Notes: generated from the sequence alone by a model not told the origin. Shown: positions 1 to 10,229, counted from the first letter of the stretch. The stretch: DNA of 60,596 nt from a virus (IMGVR_UViG_3300024308_000030:1-60596); one strand, 5' to 3'. A program made the numbers and translations.

Positions 1-98
1 CCCCCTCCCCACAACCGCCGGTCCGATCACATGAACCACCCGTGGACACCCAGGTCCGTGGTAGGGTCACCCCCAACCACTCACCCACGAGGTGCACC

Positions 99-539
99 AT
101 GAACTCGCACGGCGACCCCGAACAGACCCCCAGCGCGAACAACCCGAACCCCGAGCAGGAGCCCCGCAAGGAAGACCTGTTCGATCGTATCGGCCGCGCC
201 TTCCCCCACGAACGCCAGCGCCTGGTGCTCGAAGAACTCCTGATGCTGATCAAGTCCGTGGACGCCATCGCCGACGAGACCGCCACCGAGGCGAGCTCCA
301 TCGTGGCCCGCGGCGGCAAGTCGATCGCCAGCCGCCGGACGGAGCAGGCCAAGGCCGAAGAGGACACCGGTCGCAAGCAGGACGAGGTCAGCGGTTCGGT
401 GCTGGACGGCAGCGCGGACGTCGAGCTGTCGGAGACCGAGCGGACCATGAACCCAGCGCCCACCAGCGACGACGATACCGGCACCGGCACCAGCAAAGGG
501 GCGGCCAAGGGAAAGACCAAGACCGCTAGCAAGGGCTGA
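99..539 (+). CDS. hypothetical acidic/low-complexity protein
   Basis: ORF 42..539; ATG at 99 preceded by GAGGTG; GC3-rich codons. Confidence 0.6.
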   Translation: MNSHGDPEQTPSANNPNPEQEPRKEDLFDRIGRAFPHERQRLVLEELLMLIKSVDAIADETATEASSIVARGGKSIASRRTEQAKAEEDTGRKQDEVSGSVLDGSADVELSETERTMNPAPTSDDDTGTGTSKGAAKGKTKTASKG

Positions 540-637
540 CCACCCTCCCTCTCGCCGAGGCTCTTGCTATCAGCCCATGGATGGGCTACCCTCACGCGGA
601 CTTCGTGTAATTCCCACTGGCCAGTGAGGACACCCAG

Positions 638-877
638 ATGGCACTCGCCAAACTCCGCATCAACGAAACCGACGAGAACCGCGTCCGCAAGCTCAACGCC
701 CTCGTCGACGCGATCAACGCCCTCGGCGTCTCCTCCACCGGCACTATCGACGCGGCCAAGCTCACTGGCACCGTCGCCCCGGCACGCCTGCCCATCGCGA
801 CCGCCTCGACCCTGGGCGCCGTGAAAGACGGCACTGGCATCACCGTGGCCGCCGATGGCACCATGAGCGTACCGTAA
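638..877 (+). CDS. small head/tail fibre-like protein
   Basis: GAGGA RBS; C-terminal 'LPIATASTLGAVKDGTGITVAADGTMSV' resembles phage fibre repeats. Confidence 0.6.
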   Translation: MALAKLRINETDENRVRKLNALVDAINALGVSSTGTIDAAKLTGTVAPARLPIATASTLGAVKDGTGITVAADGTMSVP

Positions 878-898
878 CGCTCATGGGGGCCGTAGAGC

Positions 899-1525
899 AT
901 GACAGCGCCAATCGTTCCGATGACGATCCAGCGGGGCAAGACGCTTCGCTGGGTGTTCTTCTACGCTGAGCAGAAGCTGGTCTACAAGACCATCACTGCG
1001 ATGCCGATCAAGGCGCCGTGCACCCTGACGGTCCCCTCCCATGGCCTCCCCGACGGATGGCCGTTCCGCATCGAGTGCGTCAAGGCACCCGAAGAGCTCA
1101 ACTCCCCCGACCTGGACAGCGAAGAGCCGTACTACTTCGCAACGGTCGTCGACGCCGACACGGTCGAGATCAACACCCTCAACGCCCACTGCCTCAAGCC
1201 GTTCACCGGCGAGGGCGTGCTGGTCTACAACCAGCCGGCTGACCTGACCGGGTACGAGGCCAGGGCCCAGGTCCGCGCCAGCGAGTCGGCCACCAGCGCC
1301 CTGTTTACGTGGAACAGCGATGGCGCCGTCGTACCGCCCCCGGACGAGCTGGCTATCGTCGACGTCGCCCTGTCGCAGATCATCCTGCCGATGGACCCCG
1401 CCACCTCGGCCGACCTGTCGTGGTCGGCGGGGGTCTACGAGACCGAGGCCATAGCGCCCTCTGGGGACGTGTTCCCGGTCAACGCGATCAGTTCGGTCGT
1501 CGTGACCGGGGAAGTGGTCAAGTGA
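899..1525 (+). CDS. putative virion (tail/fibre-associated) protein
   Basis: beta-rich 208 aa with 'ADLTGYEARAQVR' motif of BppU-like virion proteins; structural context. Confidence 0.55.
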   Translation: MTAPIVPMTIQRGKTLRWVFFYAEQKLVYKTITAMPIKAPCTLTVPSHGLPDGWPFRIECVKAPEELNSPDLDSEEPYYFATVVDADTVEINTLNAHCLKPFTGEGVLVYNQPADLTGYEARAQVRASESATSALFTWNSDGAVVPPPDELAIVDVALSQIILPMDPATSADLSWSAGVYETEAIAPSGDVFPVNAISSVVVTGEVVK

Positions 1526-2061
1526 GCTGCGCCACCCTGGTCATCCGCCCGGCCACGGGCCAGCGCACGCTGGTCACCGCCGGCTGCGGTACGTTCATCC
1601 CCCTGCGCACCCCGACCCAGCAGCGCCTGGTGCAGACCGTCCTCAACGGCCGGGCCGTCGTCACCGTGGCGCAGAGCCAGGGACGTACGGGCCCACAAGG
1701 CCCGGTCGGCCCGTCGGGCGGGGCGCTGGTGCTCACCGCCGGTGAGACGGTGAGCGCGCTGAAGATGGTCTACGAGCTGGGCGGCGAGGTGTTCGCGCTG
1801 GACAGCCAGGACGCGGCGAACATCTACCGGTGGGTGGGCGTGGCCGTGACCGCCGGCACCACGGGGAACGACGTCACGGTACAGCGCAGCGGGGAGCTCG
1901 AGGACAACAGCTGGAGCTGGACCGACGGCGAGCGGGTGTACCTGGGCGCCAGTGGCACGCTGACCCAGGTGCCGCCCGTGGTAGGCTACTATCAGCTCGT
2001 AGGCACGGCGGTGTCGCCCAAGCGCGTGCTGCTCAACATCCAAGACCCGATCGAACTGTAG
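1522..2061 (+). CDS. putative virion decoration/fibre protein with short collagen-like GxxGxx stretch
   Basis: GTG start overlapping upstream TGA; 'GRTGPQGPVGPSG'; C-terminal 'VYLGASGTLTQVPP...LVGTA' resembles capsid-cement-type domains. Confidence 0.55.
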   Translation: MSCATLVIRPATGQRTLVTAGCGTFIPLRTPTQQRLVQTVLNGRAVVTVAQSQGRTGPQGPVGPSGGALVLTAGETVSALKMVYELGGEVFALDSQDAANIYRWVGVAVTAGTTGNDVTVQRSGELEDNSWSWTDGERVYLGASGTLTQVPPVVGYYQLVGTAVSPKRVLLNIQDPIEL

Positions 2062-2070
2062 GAGATCATC

Positions 2071-2589
2071 ATGGCCCAGGGCTTCATCGCCGTCGTGAGC
2101 GGCAAACTCAAGGTGCTGTTCGGCATCGCCAGCAGTGCTGGCGCTGGCGACGCGGGCAAGTACATCGTCACCGACGCCGGCGGCAAGCTGGACCCGAGCT
2201 TCCTGCCCAGCGGCATCGGCGCCAACCAGGTGGTGGCGACGGCCAGCGAGGCGTTGACCGCGGGGGACTTCGTGAACCTGTACCTGAACGCCGGTGCGCT
2301 GAACGTGCGCAAGGCCGACAACAGCAATAGCCGCGAGGCCTGGGGCTATGTCGAGGCCGCCGTGTCCAGCAGCGCCAGCGCCACGGTGAAGCGCCTCGGC
2401 ACCACCAACGCTTCGCGCACCGGCCTGACCATCGGCAGCGAGTACTGGCTGGGCACCGCCGGCGGCGTGATCAGCACCCCGCTGGACGCGAACGACACCG
2501 GCAACGCGGGCAAGATGGTCCAGTACCTGGGCATCGCGAAGTCCGCGACTGAGCTGGTCACCGCCGAGTTCCAGCCGGTACTCCTGTAA
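2071..2589 (+). CDS. putative capsid decoration/cement-like protein
   Basis: GGAG RBS; 'ASEALTAGDFVN...VRKAD', 'YWLGTAGG', 'VQYLGIAKSATEL' typical of DUF2190-like virion proteins. Confidence 0.6.
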   Translation: MAQGFIAVVSGKLKVLFGIASSAGAGDAGKYIVTDAGGKLDPSFLPSGIGANQVVATASEALTAGDFVNLYLNAGALNVRKADNSNSREAWGYVEAAVSSSASATVKRLGTTNASRTGLTIGSEYWLGTAGGVISTPLDANDTGNAGKMVQYLGIAKSATELVTAEFQPVLL

Positions 2590-3983
2590 TGCCCGGTCCG
2601 GTTCCGGTCGTCCTCGAGAACGGCAAGCCGAAGGTCTCCAGAGACCTTGGGTCTCTACTGCCGTTGCCGATAAGCACGACGCTGAACTACGCGTGGAAGA
2701 CCGGCACCGGGTGGGTGCAGCTGGGAACGGCCGCAGTCCAGGACGCAACCACCTCGGCGACCGACACTACGTCGGGCAGGCTGTGGCGAACCAACGACCT
2801 GGTCAAGCAGACTTCGACGGTCGATGCTACTACCGGCAGCGTGTTGTTGGTCGGGGGGTTCGGCATCGGCGTCCAGTTGGTCTCCACTGAGACCAACCTC
2901 GACAACTACCGCGCCGGTGGCAAATACATCACCCCGGCGTCGGGTCTAACCAACCTACCGCCAGGGTGGTCGCAAGGTCGCCACATCATCGAGGTAGCTG
3001 GCAGCAACTATTCGTCGCAGTTGGTGTTCGGCGGATCGGCTAGCTTCAGCCGCATAGCCAATCGGGTCTTCGCGCCCACGACGTCCACTTTCACCCCGTG
3101 GTACGACGTGCTGACAAATAACAGCCTCGTGCAGGGCACGGGGATAACCCTCACCTATAACTCTTCCACCGGCCAGGTAACCATCGCTACGTCGGGCGGG
3201 AGCAGTACGGGGATATCGACCAAGGCCAACTTCCAGACAAAAGTACTGAACGGTCTACTGGGGTACATTCCTCAGTTCGCGGACGTCGACATAGGTTGGG
3301 CCTGCGGCATCCTCAACACGAACACGCTGCCGTTGGGGTCGGGCTACTCGTCGAGCAATGCCGCGGACTACGCAGACGCATCTGAGAGCCTGCTGGCTAT
3401 CACGGGGACTGGTGCGTCCGTGAGCGGACGATCGCCGACGGTCCTCTCCACTGGGACCACTACCACGGGCACCGTCAACTGGTCGAACGGCCGCACGCTC
3501 GCCGGGATCATCAATGGTGGCTTGCGCTACAACCAGATGGCGTCGATGACCTACCAGTTCACCGGTAACATCCAGACCATCAGCACGGCTACGGATCGAT
3601 TCGTCTGCGAGATGGGCGTCACCAGCGGCGGCCTGTCCAGCAAGCAGGCGTGGTTCAGCTGTGTCGACAACGTAAACAGCGGACGCTGGCTGTTCAGCTA
3701 CGTCAACAACGCAGGATCGACGGTGACGGTCGACACGGGGATAACCCCCTCGGCTGGCGTCGACGTCGACGCGACCATCACCTGGACGTGGACCGGCAGC
3801 GCATTTACTCTGGTGGCGACGCTCAGCACGTTCACCAGCTCGACGCTGACCAGCCTGGTGGTGAACCTCAGCCTATCGTCGGTAATAGCCTGGAACCCCT
3901 ACATGAGCATCACGAAGTCGGCAGGGACCACGGCACGCGCGTTCAGGTTCCGCCGGCACCTGATGATTGGGACAGTGCAATGA
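2589..3983 (+). CDS. tail fibre / receptor-binding protein
   Basis: Thr/Ser/Gly-rich 464 aa; 'LGTAAVQDATTSATDTTSGR', 'VLLVGGFGIG' fibre motifs. Confidence 0.75.
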   Translation: MPGPVPVVLENGKPKVSRDLGSLLPLPISTTLNYAWKTGTGWVQLGTAAVQDATTSATDTTSGRLWRTNDLVKQTSTVDATTGSVLLVGGFGIGVQLVSTETNLDNYRAGGKYITPASGLTNLPPGWSQGRHIIEVAGSNYSSQLVFGGSASFSRIANRVFAPTTSTFTPWYDVLTNNSLVQGTGITLTYNSSTGQVTIATSGGSSTGISTKANFQTKVLNGLLGYIPQFADVDIGWACGILNTNTLPLGSGYSSSNAADYADASESLLAITGTGASVSGRSPTVLSTGTTTTGTVNWSNGRTLAGIINGGLRYNQMASMTYQFTGNIQTISTATDRFVCEMGVTSGGLSSKQAWFSCVDNVNSGRWLFSYVNNAGSTVTVDTGITPSAGVDVDATITWTWTGSAFTLVATLSTFTSSTLTSLVVNLSLSSVIAWNPYMSITKSAGTTARAFRFRRHLMIGTVQ

Positions 3984-4456
3984 ACATCAACACGCCAGAG
4001 CAGCTGATCCAGCTCGACAACCCGGTCTCGAAGACCAGTAAGCCCGCTTGGGACAAGCAGCTACTGGTCGACGTGGCCATCGGCACGTCGGAAATGGAGA
4101 TCCTCGAGGCCTACGACCTGCAGGCGCACCAGCTGCGCGAGATTCTCGAGGACAGCACGTTCCTCGTGGCGCTGGCCACCCTGAAAAAAGAGCTCGACAA
4201 GGACGGCATGAGCTTCAGGCTGAAGTGCCAGCTGCAGGCCGAGGCCATGCTCGAGGAAAACTGGATGCTCGCCCACGACCGCGAGAACGTGCCGGCCGAG
4301 ACCCGGCGCAAGGCGATTGCTGACACCGTCCGCTGGGCCGGCTTCGACAACCAGGGCGGCGCAAGCGGCCTCGGAGGCGGCGGTGGGTTCACCATCAACG
4401 TCATCACCGGCTCTTCTGGCCGGGCAGGCGTCACGATCGAGGGCGAGAAGGAATGA
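3980..4456 (+). CDS. terS: terminase small subunit (putative)
   Basis: ATG at 3980 overlaps fibre stop; directly upstream of TerL; C-terminal 'GGGFTINVI' tail. Confidence 0.65.
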   Translation: MNINTPEQLIQLDNPVSKTSKPAWDKQLLVDVAIGTSEMEILEAYDLQAHQLREILEDSTFLVALATLKKELDKDGMSFRLKCQLQAEAMLEENWMLAHDRENVPAETRRKAIADTVRWAGFDNQGGASGLGGGGGFTINVITGSSGRAGVTIEGEKE

Positions 4457-5844
4457 GCGTAAGCATTGACTACACGCCGGAGCCTATCGCCGACGCGTTC
4501 CTCCAGAGCGAGAAATTCTACAACTTCATCGTCGGTCCGGTAGGCTCGGCGAAGACCACGGCGATCCTGTTCAAGATCGTCTACCACGCCTCAAAACAGG
4601 CGCCCAGCCCGGTGGACGGTATACGCCGGACCCGGTGGGTTATCGTGCGGAACACCATGCAGCAGCTGAAGGACACCACCCTCAACTCGTTCTTCACCTG
4701 GTTCAAGCACGGCCAGGCCGGCACGTGGAAGGCGTCTACGAACACGTTCGTGTTTCGCTTCGCCGACATCGAGGCTGAGGTGTTGTTTCGTCCGCTCGAC
4801 ACCCCTGACGACGTCAGCCGGGTGTTATCGCTCGAGGTGACCGGCGCGATCCTGGACGAATTCGTCGAGATTCCCAAGGAGATCGTCGAATCGCTGTCTG
4901 GTCGCTGCGGCCGCTACCCGTCGAAGAAAGACGGCGGTGCCACCTGGTGGGGCATGTGGGGGGCGAGCAACCCGGGCAACGAGGACGACTGGTGGTACAC
5001 CTGGCTCTATGACCAGAAGCCGTCGAACATGGGGTTTTTCATCCAGCCGTCGGGGTTTTCGCCCGAGGCCGAGAACATCGAAAACCTGCCGGGCGGCCGC
5101 GGCTACTACACCAACCTGGCCGAAGGCAAGAGCCCGCAATGGGTCAAGCAGTTCATCGAGGTGAAGTGGGGCTACAGCATCCGCGGCAAGCCCATCTACA
5201 CCTCGTTCAACCCAGAGGTCCACGTCGCCAAGCAGCCGCTGCAGTTCAATCCGCATCTCCCTCTGGTGATCGGGTTCGACGCCGGCCTGACGCCGGCGGC
5301 CATCTTCGGCCAGCAAGACCCGCAGGGGCGCGTGCTGATCCTCCGCGAGCTGACCAGTGAGAACATGGGGGCGCGCCGGTTCTGCCGCGAGAAGATCCGA
5401 CCGCTGTTGAATCGCGAGTTCCGCGACGCCGACCTGGTCATTCAGGCGGACCCCGCGTGCGGTCAGCGGGCGCAGACCGACGAGCGCAGCGTCAGGCAGG
5501 TGCTGGAGGAAGAACTCGGCGTCCGCGTGTACCCGGCGCACAGCAACACGCTGACCGACCGCCTCGGCGCCGTCGACAGTCTGCTCACCCGGCTGGTGGA
5601 GGGCCAGGCCGCGTACCTGGTGGACCCGTCGTGCAAGGTGCTGATCCGTGGCTTTACGTCCGGCTACCGCTACCCGGTCAACAACAAGGGGGTCAAAGGT
5701 GACAGCCCGGAGAAAAACGCCTACTCTCACCCGCACGACGCCAACCAGTACCTGTGCATGATGTTCGAGCGCGACGCTATGCGCGAAGCGAAACGGCTCA
5801 AGATGCCAAAAATGCCGACCTACCGCAACAGCTACGTCTACTAG
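4453..5844 (+). CDS. terL: terminase large subunit
   Basis: Walker A-like 'GPVGSAKTT', Walker B 'AILDE', 'ASNP', nuclease 'IGFDAG' and 'SHPHDANQY'. Confidence 0.93.
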   Translation: MSVSIDYTPEPIADAFLQSEKFYNFIVGPVGSAKTTAILFKIVYHASKQAPSPVDGIRRTRWVIVRNTMQQLKDTTLNSFFTWFKHGQAGTWKASTNTFVFRFADIEAEVLFRPLDTPDDVSRVLSLEVTGAILDEFVEIPKEIVESLSGRCGRYPSKKDGGATWWGMWGASNPGNEDDWWYTWLYDQKPSNMGFFIQPSGFSPEAENIENLPGGRGYYTNLAEGKSPQWVKQFIEVKWGYSIRGKPIYTSFNPEVHVAKQPLQFNPHLPLVIGFDAGLTPAAIFGQQDPQGRVLILRELTSENMGARRFCREKIRPLLNREFRDADLVIQADPACGQRAQTDERSVRQVLEEELGVRVYPAHSNTLTDRLGAVDSLLTRLVEGQAAYLVDPSCKVLIRGFTSGYRYPVNNKGVKGDSPEKNAYSHPHDANQYLCMMFERDAMREAKRLKMPKMPTYRNSYVY

Positions 5845-5853
5845 GGATAAGCC

Positions 5854-8007
5854 ATGGCCGACGGCTCTCAAGACCCGGAAATCAAGGTAAGCCCGGATGC
5901 GCTTACAGCGCTCGGTCGTAACCTGCGGTCGAAGTTCACCCAGTACACGCGCGACCGCAGGCTGATCGAAGAGCAGTGGATGAAGAACCTCCGCCAGTAC
6001 CTCGGCCAGTACGACCCCGACCTGATCTCCAGGATGGACCCGCAGCAGAGCAGGGCCTACCCCAAGATCACCCGGGTCAAATGCGTGAGCATGGTTTCTC
6101 GGCTGACGTCGCTGCTGTTCCCCGCCGACGAGAAGAACTGGAGCCTGGAAGCCAGCCCGACCCCGAGCCTGCCGCCCGAAGCGCTGCAGGCAGCGATCGA
6201 CCAATGGATGGCCACCCACAACGGCTTCAACCTGGCCGACTTCGATATGGCCGTGGGCCGCTTTGCGGCGAACGCCGCGGAGAAGATGGAGGCCCAGATC
6301 GATGACCAGCTGGCGGACATCGCCGCCTATGGCCCGTGCGACTACCAGACCCTGGCGCGCCGCGTCGTGCGCTCGGCGGTGATCTACGGGCCGGGCATCA
6401 TGAAAGGCCCGATGACGCTGGCCGACACCCGCTCGGTCCCGGTAACGTTGCCCGACGGCCGCATCACTGTCGGTACGGAGACGACATATCGTCCCTACTT
6501 CGAGTACGTTTCGAACTGGGACTACTACCCCGACCTGGCTGCGAAGACCTTCGCGCAGATGGATGGGCAGTTCCAGCGCCACATATTCTCCCGACACCAG
6601 CTGCGAAAGCTGGCCGAGCGCGCCGACTTCCGCGGCAACGTCATCAACGACTACTTGCGCTCCCACGCGGATGGCAACTACACGCGCCAGACGTACGAGA
6701 CGGAGCTGCAGACCCTTGGCGAACAGACCAACGTCGTCGCCGACACCCGCAAGTTCGAGGTGGTCGAGTACTGGGGGTACGTCTCGGGCTACGAGCTGAG
6801 CCAGGCCGGCGTGAACATCGACGACAGCAAGCTGAACACCGAGCTGAAGGCCACGGTGTGGATGCTCGATGACGTCGTGATCAAGGCGGCCGAAGACCCA
6901 CTGCCGGAAGGCGCCTCGATGTACCACCAGTTCGTCTTCGAAGAAGACGACGTGAACCTCATGGGCACCGGCCTACCGGAAATCATGCGTGACAGCCAGA
7001 TGGCCGTGAGCATGGCGTCTCGCATGCTGATGGACAACGCGTCGGCTGTGTGCGGGCCCAACGTCGAGGTAGACTGGAACCGTCTCAGCCCCGGCCAGGA
7101 CACCACCATCAAGCCGTTCAAGGCGTGGATGGTGGAGCCTGACGCCTCGCAGGGTAATGCGCCAGCTGTGCGCCCGGTTAAATTCGACTCCAACCTCACC
7201 GAGCTGCAGGCCGTGGTCAAGATGTTCCTGGAGTTCGCGGACGCAGAGACGTTCGTCAACCCGATCACCGGTGGCGATATGGACGGTTCCGGTGAGGCGC
7301 TGCGCACGACCGGCAACATGTCCATGGTGCTTGGTAACGCGGCGCTGCCGTTCCGCGACATCGTGCGGAATTTCGACAAGTTCACGGTGAGCGCCATCCA
7401 TTCGCTGGTCGAGTGGAACATGGCGCTGAACCCGCGACGCGACATCGTCGGCGACCTTCGCCCGATCGGCCGTGGAGCGACTACACTGATCGCCAAGGAG
7501 ATCCGTGCGGCTGCGCTGGACAACCTGGCCAACACCTTGCTCGAGGAAGAGAAGGACTACATCGACTTCGGACAGCTGGCCAAACAGCGCCTGCTCTCGC
7601 GCGACCTGCCGCTGAACCAGATCATGGTCAGCGAGGAAGTCGCCAAGCAGCGCCAGGACGACAAGGCAAGCCAGGCTCAGGAAGCGCGCGACCAAGCCCG
7701 TCGGATGTTCGAAGAAGAGCTCAAGAACCTGGCGAGCGACTCGCTGAAGCAAGCGTCCCAGGCCCAGAAAAACGTCGACGCCGCGGACGTGGCTACTTTC
7801 AAAGCCGTCCTCGACGCGTTGGCCCAAGGAGTCAGCCCTCATGCAGTCGCTCGAGCAGCGCAACGAACTACGCCAGCAGCTGGCGGAAATCAAGAACAGC
7901 CACGAGGTCAAGCTGGTGGTGCAGTTCCTCCAGCACCAGATGAACCAGGAGCTGCAGGCATTGCTCAAGGCCTCCGACCCGGCGCAGCTGACGCGTTTAC
8001 AGGGTAA
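5854..8007 (+). CDS. portal protein
   Basis: 717 aa following TerL; 'YYPDLAA', 'FEVVEYWG', 'GLPEIMRDSQ' podovirus portal motifs. Confidence 0.88.
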   Translation: MADGSQDPEIKVSPDALTALGRNLRSKFTQYTRDRRLIEEQWMKNLRQYLGQYDPDLISRMDPQQSRAYPKITRVKCVSMVSRLTSLLFPADEKNWSLEASPTPSLPPEALQAAIDQWMATHNGFNLADFDMAVGRFAANAAEKMEAQIDDQLADIAAYGPCDYQTLARRVVRSAVIYGPGIMKGPMTLADTRSVPVTLPDGRITVGTETTYRPYFEYVSNWDYYPDLAAKTFAQMDGQFQRHIFSRHQLRKLAERADFRGNVINDYLRSHADGNYTRQTYETELQTLGEQTNVVADTRKFEVVEYWGYVSGYELSQAGVNIDDSKLNTELKATVWMLDDVVIKAAEDPLPEGASMYHQFVFEEDDVNLMGTGLPEIMRDSQMAVSMASRMLMDNASAVCGPNVEVDWNRLSPGQDTTIKPFKAWMVEPDASQGNAPAVRPVKFDSNLTELQAVVKMFLEFADAETFVNPITGGDMDGSGEALRTTGNMSMVLGNAALPFRDIVRNFDKFTVSAIHSLVEWNMALNPRRDIVGDLRPIGRGATTLIAKEIRAAALDNLANTLLEEEKDYIDFGQLAKQRLLSRDLPLNQIMVSEEVAKQRQDDKASQAQEARDQARRMFEEELKNLASDSLKQASQAQKNVDAADVATFKAVLDALAQGVSPHAVARAAQRTTPAAGGNQEQPRGQAGGAVPPAPDEPGAAGIAQGLRPGAADAFTG

Positions 8008-8083
8008 GGCGCAGGCCTACAGGGACGCTGTGGACATCCTGCAGCGTCCCATGCCAGAGAAGCCGGGACAACCGGCCGCTTAG
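7841..8083 (+). CDS. small helical head-assembly protein
   Basis: AAGGAG RBS; 'RLQGKAQAY' motif seen in post-portal proteins; overlaps portal 3' end. Confidence 0.65.
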   Translation: MQSLEQRNELRQQLAEIKNSHEVKLVVQFLQHQMNQELQALLKASDPAQLTRLQGKAQAYRDAVDILQRPMPEKPGQPAA

Positions 8084-8090
8084 TAAGTTA

Positions 8091-8119
8091 TTGACAACAT
8101 CACAGCCGCGGAGTAAATA
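8091..8119 (+). promoter_or_regulatory. putative sigma70-like promoter
   Basis: TTGACA (8091-8096), N17, TAAATA; intergenic before scaffold; -10 imperfect. Confidence 0.45.
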
Positions 8120-8125
8120 GCGCTC

Positions 8126-9109
8126 ATGAACAACGAAGCCAATGCCCAACAAGAGTTCGACTCTGCCCTCACCGAGGCGATGAATGAGAGCTCGGCACCT
8201 GATACGCAGGCAAGCGCGCCGGACCCGGCAGAGCCTGCGCAGGCTCCTGTTGCACAAGATCCGGCCCAAGATCCGGCTGCCGCTGCTTCTGCTGAAGGCG
8301 AGCCGGCGAAAGCTGACGAACCTGCTGCGCAGCCGACTCCTGCGGCTGAGGCTCCTGAAGTAGACGCCAAGCCGGAACCTGTTCCGACGCCTGCGCCGAC
8401 CCCGGTGAACCAGCCGGCACCGCTTGACCCGACATTCCTCGCCCAGGCCATTGTCGAAGCGCAGCGCCAGGCTCAGCAGTCGCAGCAACCCGAGCCGATA
8501 CAGAAGGCCGAGCCGAAGCTGGAAGATTTCATCAGCGCCGACGAGAAAGCGGTGCTGGACAAATACGACTCGGAGTGGGGCGAAGTGTCCCAGGCCGAGC
8601 AGATCCGCACCAAGGCCGCGATCGCGCTGGCCTTGGCGCAGTTCAAACTGGAAGTGCAAGGTGAGCTGGCGCCGGTCCGCGCGTACATGCAACGATCGAC
8701 AACTACCGCGCACACCGCAGCGATCCACGCCGCCCACCCGGATATCGAATCGATTACCGGGGACGTGGTCAAGTGGGTCAAAGAGCACCCGAACCAGATG
8801 GTCCGCGACAGCGGGGCTCAGGTGCTCAAACAAGGCAACGCGCAACAGGTCATTGGCCTGGTGTCGTTGTTCAAGGAAGCGACGGGACGGACGGGTGCAG
8901 CGCCAGCCACGCAAGCAGCCTCGCCAGCCGCGCAAGAAGCACCTGCTGCACCTACGCCTGCCGCGCCTGCCGCGCCCGATCCCGCCCGGGAGAAAGCCGC
9001 CGCAGCCACTGCAGCCGTGACCGCAGCTCAACGTGGTGGCATCCCCACCGGGAAGGACCAGACCGACTTCGATCTGGCCTGGAAAGAAGCCATCGCAAGC
9101 GCATCTTGA
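8126..9109 (+). CDS. capsid scaffolding protein (putative)
   Basis: Ala/Pro/Glu-rich protein between portal and capsid; C-terminal 'DFDLAWKEA'. Confidence 0.75.
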   Translation: MNNEANAQQEFDSALTEAMNESSAPDTQASAPDPAEPAQAPVAQDPAQDPAAAASAEGEPAKADEPAAQPTPAAEAPEVDAKPEPVPTPAPTPVNQPAPLDPTFLAQAIVEAQRQAQQSQQPEPIQKAEPKLEDFISADEKAVLDKYDSEWGEVSQAEQIRTKAAIALALAQFKLEVQGELAPVRAYMQRSTTTAHTAAIHAAHPDIESITGDVVKWVKEHPNQMVRDSGAQVLKQGNAQQVIGLVSLFKEATGRTGAAPATQAASPAAQEAPAAPTPAAPAAPDPAREKAAAATAAVTAAQRGGIPTGKDQTDFDLAWKEAIASAS

Positions 9110-9129
9110 CGACACAAAGGAGATAGACC

Positions 9130-10173
9130 ATGTCGTACAGCGGCACTACTTACGGCGACATTACCCCGCGTCAGGCGGCTTACTCGATCGCCAACCTGCT
9201 GAAGCGCGCGCTTCCGCTGCTGACCATCGAGAAGTTCGGCCAGACTTACCCCATTCCGAAGAACAACACCAAGGTCGCCAAGTGGCGCCGTTACTACATC
9301 GACGGCGGCACCGGTGCTTACTCTGGCGAGGCCGGCAATTACAGCATCCCGCTGGCGCTGACCCCGCTGGTCGAGGGCGTGACCCCCGCTGGTCAGCAGA
9401 TGGCGAACAAGGACTACACCGCTACCCTGGTGCAGTACGGCAACTACATCGAGTTCACCGACGTGATCCTCGACCTGCACGAGGACATGCCCGCGCTGCT
9501 GCGCGAGCTGACCGACATGCTCGGCGAGCAGATGGCGGTGACCATCGAGACTCTGCGGTTCAACGTGCTGAAGGCTGGCACCAACGTGTTCTACGCCAAC
9601 GGCAACGCCCGCAACGCCGTCAATACTGTGCTCACCCGCGAGCTGCAGATGCGCATCACCCGCGCGCTGAAGCGCCAGAACGCGATGACCATCACCTCGG
9701 TGGTGAAGTCCTCGGTGGCCTACAACACCCAGCCGATCGAAGCCTCCTTCGTTGCGCTGTGCCACCCGGACGTCGAGAACGACATCCGCAAAATGGACGG
9801 CTTCGTGTCGACCAAGCACTACGCGTCGATCACCCCGATGGAAGGCGAGATCGGCTCGGTGGACGACGTGCGCTACATCCGCTCGACCGTATTCGCATCC
9901 TTCCCGGATGCGGGCGGCGCAGCTGGTGGCACCGTGCTGTCGACCACTGGCTCCTCGGCCGACGTCTACCCGGTGCTGTTCATCGCGCGCGACGCCTATG
10001 GCCTGGTGCCGCTGAAAGGCGACAACGTGGCCAGCGTGATGGTCGTACAGCCGAAGCCGACCAACGTCGACCCGCTGGCTCAGCGCGGCACCGCCGGCTG
10101 GAAAGTGTGGAACGCCACCGTCATCCTGCAGGATGCCTGGCTGATCCGCGCCGAAGTCGCTGCGAGCGTATAA
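9130..10173 (+). CDS. major capsid protein, N4-gp56 family
   Basis: 'YGDITPR...LLKRALPLLTIEKFGQTYPIPKN..K.KWRRY', 'DPLAQRGTAGWK'; strong AGGAG RBS. Confidence 0.92.
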   Translation: MSYSGTTYGDITPRQAAYSIANLLKRALPLLTIEKFGQTYPIPKNNTKVAKWRRYYIDGGTGAYSGEAGNYSIPLALTPLVEGVTPAGQQMANKDYTATLVQYGNYIEFTDVILDLHEDMPALLRELTDMLGEQMAVTIETLRFNVLKAGTNVFYANGNARNAVNTVLTRELQMRITRALKRQNAMTITSVVKSSVAYNTQPIEASFVALCHPDVENDIRKMDGFVSTKHYASITPMEGEIGSVDDVRYIRSTVFASFPDAGGAAGGTVLSTTGSSADVYPVLFIARDAYGLVPLKGDNVASVMVVQPKPTNVDPLAQRGTAGWKVWNATVILQDAWLIRAEVAASV

Positions 10174-10187
10174 CGGCCTGCTGAACG

Positions 10188-10215
10188 AAAGGCCCGCCCT
10201 GGTGGCGGGCCTTTT
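10188..10215 (+). terminator. rho-independent terminator
   Basis: AAA-GGCCCGCC-CTGGT-GGCGGGCC-TTTT just after the capsid gene. Confidence 0.85.
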
Positions 10216-10229
10216 CATAGGGGGCTACA

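Noticed and set aside
4825-6927. Long antisense/alternate-frame ORFs (also 17024..19456, 29274..31349, 34296..35840, 46610..48079 and others)
   Set aside because: Shadow ORFs of high-GC3 genes; they overlap well-supported CDSs and have no RBS or motifs.
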